DNA of 64,000 nt, taken from positions 3,782,001 to 3,846,000 of the forward strand of contig OZ024751.1 in NCBI GenBank assembly GCA_964016885.1, given 5' to 3'. The position numbers were made by a program, and so were the translations under genes. Shown here in pieces: positions 61,601-64,000 of this stretch (position 1 is its first letter; each line of letters starts with the position of its first letter). The stretch comes from Eledone cirrhosa (taxonomy: Eukaryota). The notes beneath the pieces were generated by a model. The model ran no database searches, was not told the origin of the DNA, and saw only the letters and a list, made by a program, of their open reading frames with translations.

Positions 61601-64000
61601 TGGATTGTGTTGTGGTGGTGAGTGGGTGTTGTGGTAGTGGTGGTGGATTGTGTGGTAGAGGTGAGTGGGTGTGGTGGTAGTGGTGGTGGATTGTGTGGTA
61701 GAGGTGAGTGGGTGTGGTGGTAGTGGTGGTGGATTGTGTTGTGGTGGTCAGTGGGTGTGGTGGTAGTGGTGGTGGATTGTGTGGTAGAGGTGAGTGGGTG
61801 TGGTGGTAGTGGTGGTGGATTGTGTTGTGGTGGTCAGTGGGTGTGGTGGTGGTGGTGGTGGTGGATTGTGTGGTAGAGGTGAGTGGGTGTGGTGATAGTG
61901 GTGGTGGATTGTGTTGTGGTGGTCAGTGGGTGTGGTGGTAGTGGTGGTGAATTGTGTGGTAGAGGTGAGTGGGTGTGGTGGTAGTGGTGGTGGATTGTGT
62001 TGTGGTGGTCAGTGGGTGTGGTGGTAGTGGTGGTGGATTGTGTGGTAGAGGTGAGTGGGTGTGGTGGTAGTGGTGGTGGATTGTGTGGTGGTGGTGAGTG
62101 GGTGTGGTGGTAGTGGTGGTGTATTGTGTGGTAGTGGTGAGTGGGTGTGGTGGTAGAGGTGGTGGATTGTGTGGTAGAGGTGAGTGGATGTGGTGGTAGT
62201 GGTAGTGGTAGTGTATTGTGTCGTAGAGGTGAGTGGGTGTGGTGGTAGTGGTGGTGGATTGTGTGGTAGTGGTGAGTGGGTGTGGTGGTAGTGGTGGTGG
62301 ATTGTGTGGTAGAGGTGAGTGGATGTGGTGGTAGTGGTAGTGGTAGTGTATTGTGTCGTAGAGGTGAGTGGGTGTGGTGGTAGTGGTGGTGGATTGTGTG
62401 GTAGTGGTGAGTGGGTGTGGTGGTAGTGGTGGTGGATTGTGTGGTAGAGGTGAGTGAGTGTGGTGGTAGTGGTGGTGGATTGTGTGGTGGTGGTGAGTGG
62501 GTGTGGTGGTAGTGGTGGTGGATTGTGTGGTGGTGGTGAGTTGGTGTGATGGTAGTGGTGGTGGATTGTGTGGTAGAGGTGAGTGAGTGTGGTGGTAGTG
62601 GTGGTGGATTGTGTGGTGGTGGTGAGTGGGTGTGGTGGTAGTGGTGGTGGATTGTGTGGTATAGGTGAATGGGTGTGGTGGTAGTGGTGGTGGATTGTGT
62701 GGTGGTGGTGATGTGGGTGTCGTGGTAGTGGTGATGGATTGTGTGGTGGTGGTGATGTGGGTGTGGTGGTAGTGGTGGTGGATTGTGTGGTGGTGGTGAG
62801 TGGGTGTGGTGGTAGTGGTGGTGGATTGTGTGGTGGTGGTGAGTGGGTGTGCTGGTAGTGGTGGTGGATTGTGTGGTGGTGGTTTTGTGGGTGTGGTGGT
62901 AGTGGTGGTGGATTGTGTGGTGGTGGAATGTGTGGTGGTGTTGAGTGGGTGCGGTGGTAGTGGTGGTGGATTGTGTGGTGGTGGTGATGTGGGTTGTGTG
63001 GTGGTGGTGATGTGGGTGTGGTTTTAGTGGGGGTGGATTCTGTGGTAGTGGTGAGTGGGTGTGGTGGTAGTGGTGGTGGATTGTGTGGTAGAGGTGAGTG
63101 GGTGTGGTGGTAGTGGTGGTGGATTGTGTGGTGGTGGTGATGTGGGTGTGGTGGTAGTGGTGGTGGATTGTGTGGTGGTGGTGAGTGGGTGTGGTGGTAG
63201 TGGTGGTGGATTGTGTGATGGTGGTGAGTGGGTGTGGTGGAAGTGGTGGTGGATTGTGTGGTAGAGGTGAGTGTGTGTGGTGGTAGTGGTGGTGGTTTGT
63301 GTGGTGGTGGTCAGTGGGTGTGGTGGTAGTGGTGGTGGATTGTGTGCTAAAGGTGAGTGTGTGTGGTGGTAGTGGTGGTGGATTGTGTGGTAGAGGTGAG
63401 TGTGTGTGGTGGTATTGGTGGTGGATTGTTTGGTGGTGGTGATGTGGGTGTGGTGGTAGTGGTGGTGGATTGTGTGGTAGTGGTGAGTGGGTGTGGTGGT
63501 AGTGGTGGTGGGTTGTGTGATGGTGGTGATGTGGTGTGGTGGTAGTGGTGGTGGATCGTGTGGTAGTGGTGAGTGTGTGTGGTGGTAGTGGTTGTGGATT
63601 GTGTGGTGGTGGTGAGTGGGTGTGGTGGAAGTGGTGGTGGATTGTGTGGTAGAGGTGAGTGGGTGTGGTGGTAATGGTGGTAGTGATGGTGGATTGTGTG
63701 GTAGAAGTGAGTGGGTGTGGTGGTAGTGGTGGTGGATTGTGTGGTGGTGGTGAGTGGGTGTGTTGGTAGTGGTGGTGGATTGTGTGGTAGAGGTGAGTGG
63801 GTGTGTTGGTAGTGGTGGTGGATTGTGTGGTGGTGGTGGTGAGTGGGTGTGTTGGTAGTGGTGGTGGTTTGTGTGATGGTGGTGGTGAGTGGGTGTGGTG
63901 ATGGATTGTGTAGTAGAGGTGAGTGGGTATGGTGGTAGTGGTGGTGGATTGTATGGTAGTGGTGAGTGGGTCTGGTGGTAGTGGTGGTGGATTGTGTGGT
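46690..64000. repeat. 43-bp G/T-rich satellite, >17 kb, running off the window end
   Basis: Consensus GAGTGGGTGTGGTGGTAGTGGTGGTGGATTGTGTGGT(GGT/AGA)GGT; period 43 (46981 to 47024). Confidence 0.98.

Noticed and set aside
50540-63545. Short Val/Gly/Trp ORFs on the + strand
   Set aside because: Translations of the satellite.
46690-64000. CRISPR array
   Set aside because: Contiguous tandem units with no unique spacers, no cas genes, eukaryotic context.

Overview
AT-rich animal (eukaryotic) genomic DNA made almost entirely of repeats; I cannot support any intact host gene. The SINE sequences and dense (TA)n tracts remind me of cephalopod/octopus genomes, but that is recollection only. Bases 1-46.6 kb are a nested pile of mobile elements: a decayed R4/Dong-like RLE LINE, an RTE LINE, tRNA-derived SINEs, a ~6.9-kb Helitron (frameshifted Rep/helicase with N-terminal 23-aa STPR-like repeats) plus non-autonomous Helitrons, a deleted Gypsy LTR element, and several families of Penelope-like elements (PLE; RT plus C-terminal GIY-YIG), mostly inserted in (TA)n as tandem or inverted structures. 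About 17 hammerhead-ribozyme (HHR) motifs are readable by eye, including canonical ones, U3-A8 core variants, and a conserved 'half hammerhead' that has no visible cis substrate strand. Bases 46.7-64 kb are a 43-bp G/T-rich satellite with a ~1.75-kb higher-order repeat; its giant His/Thr/Pro ORFs are artefacts. All structure and family calls were made by eye and boundaries are approximate.
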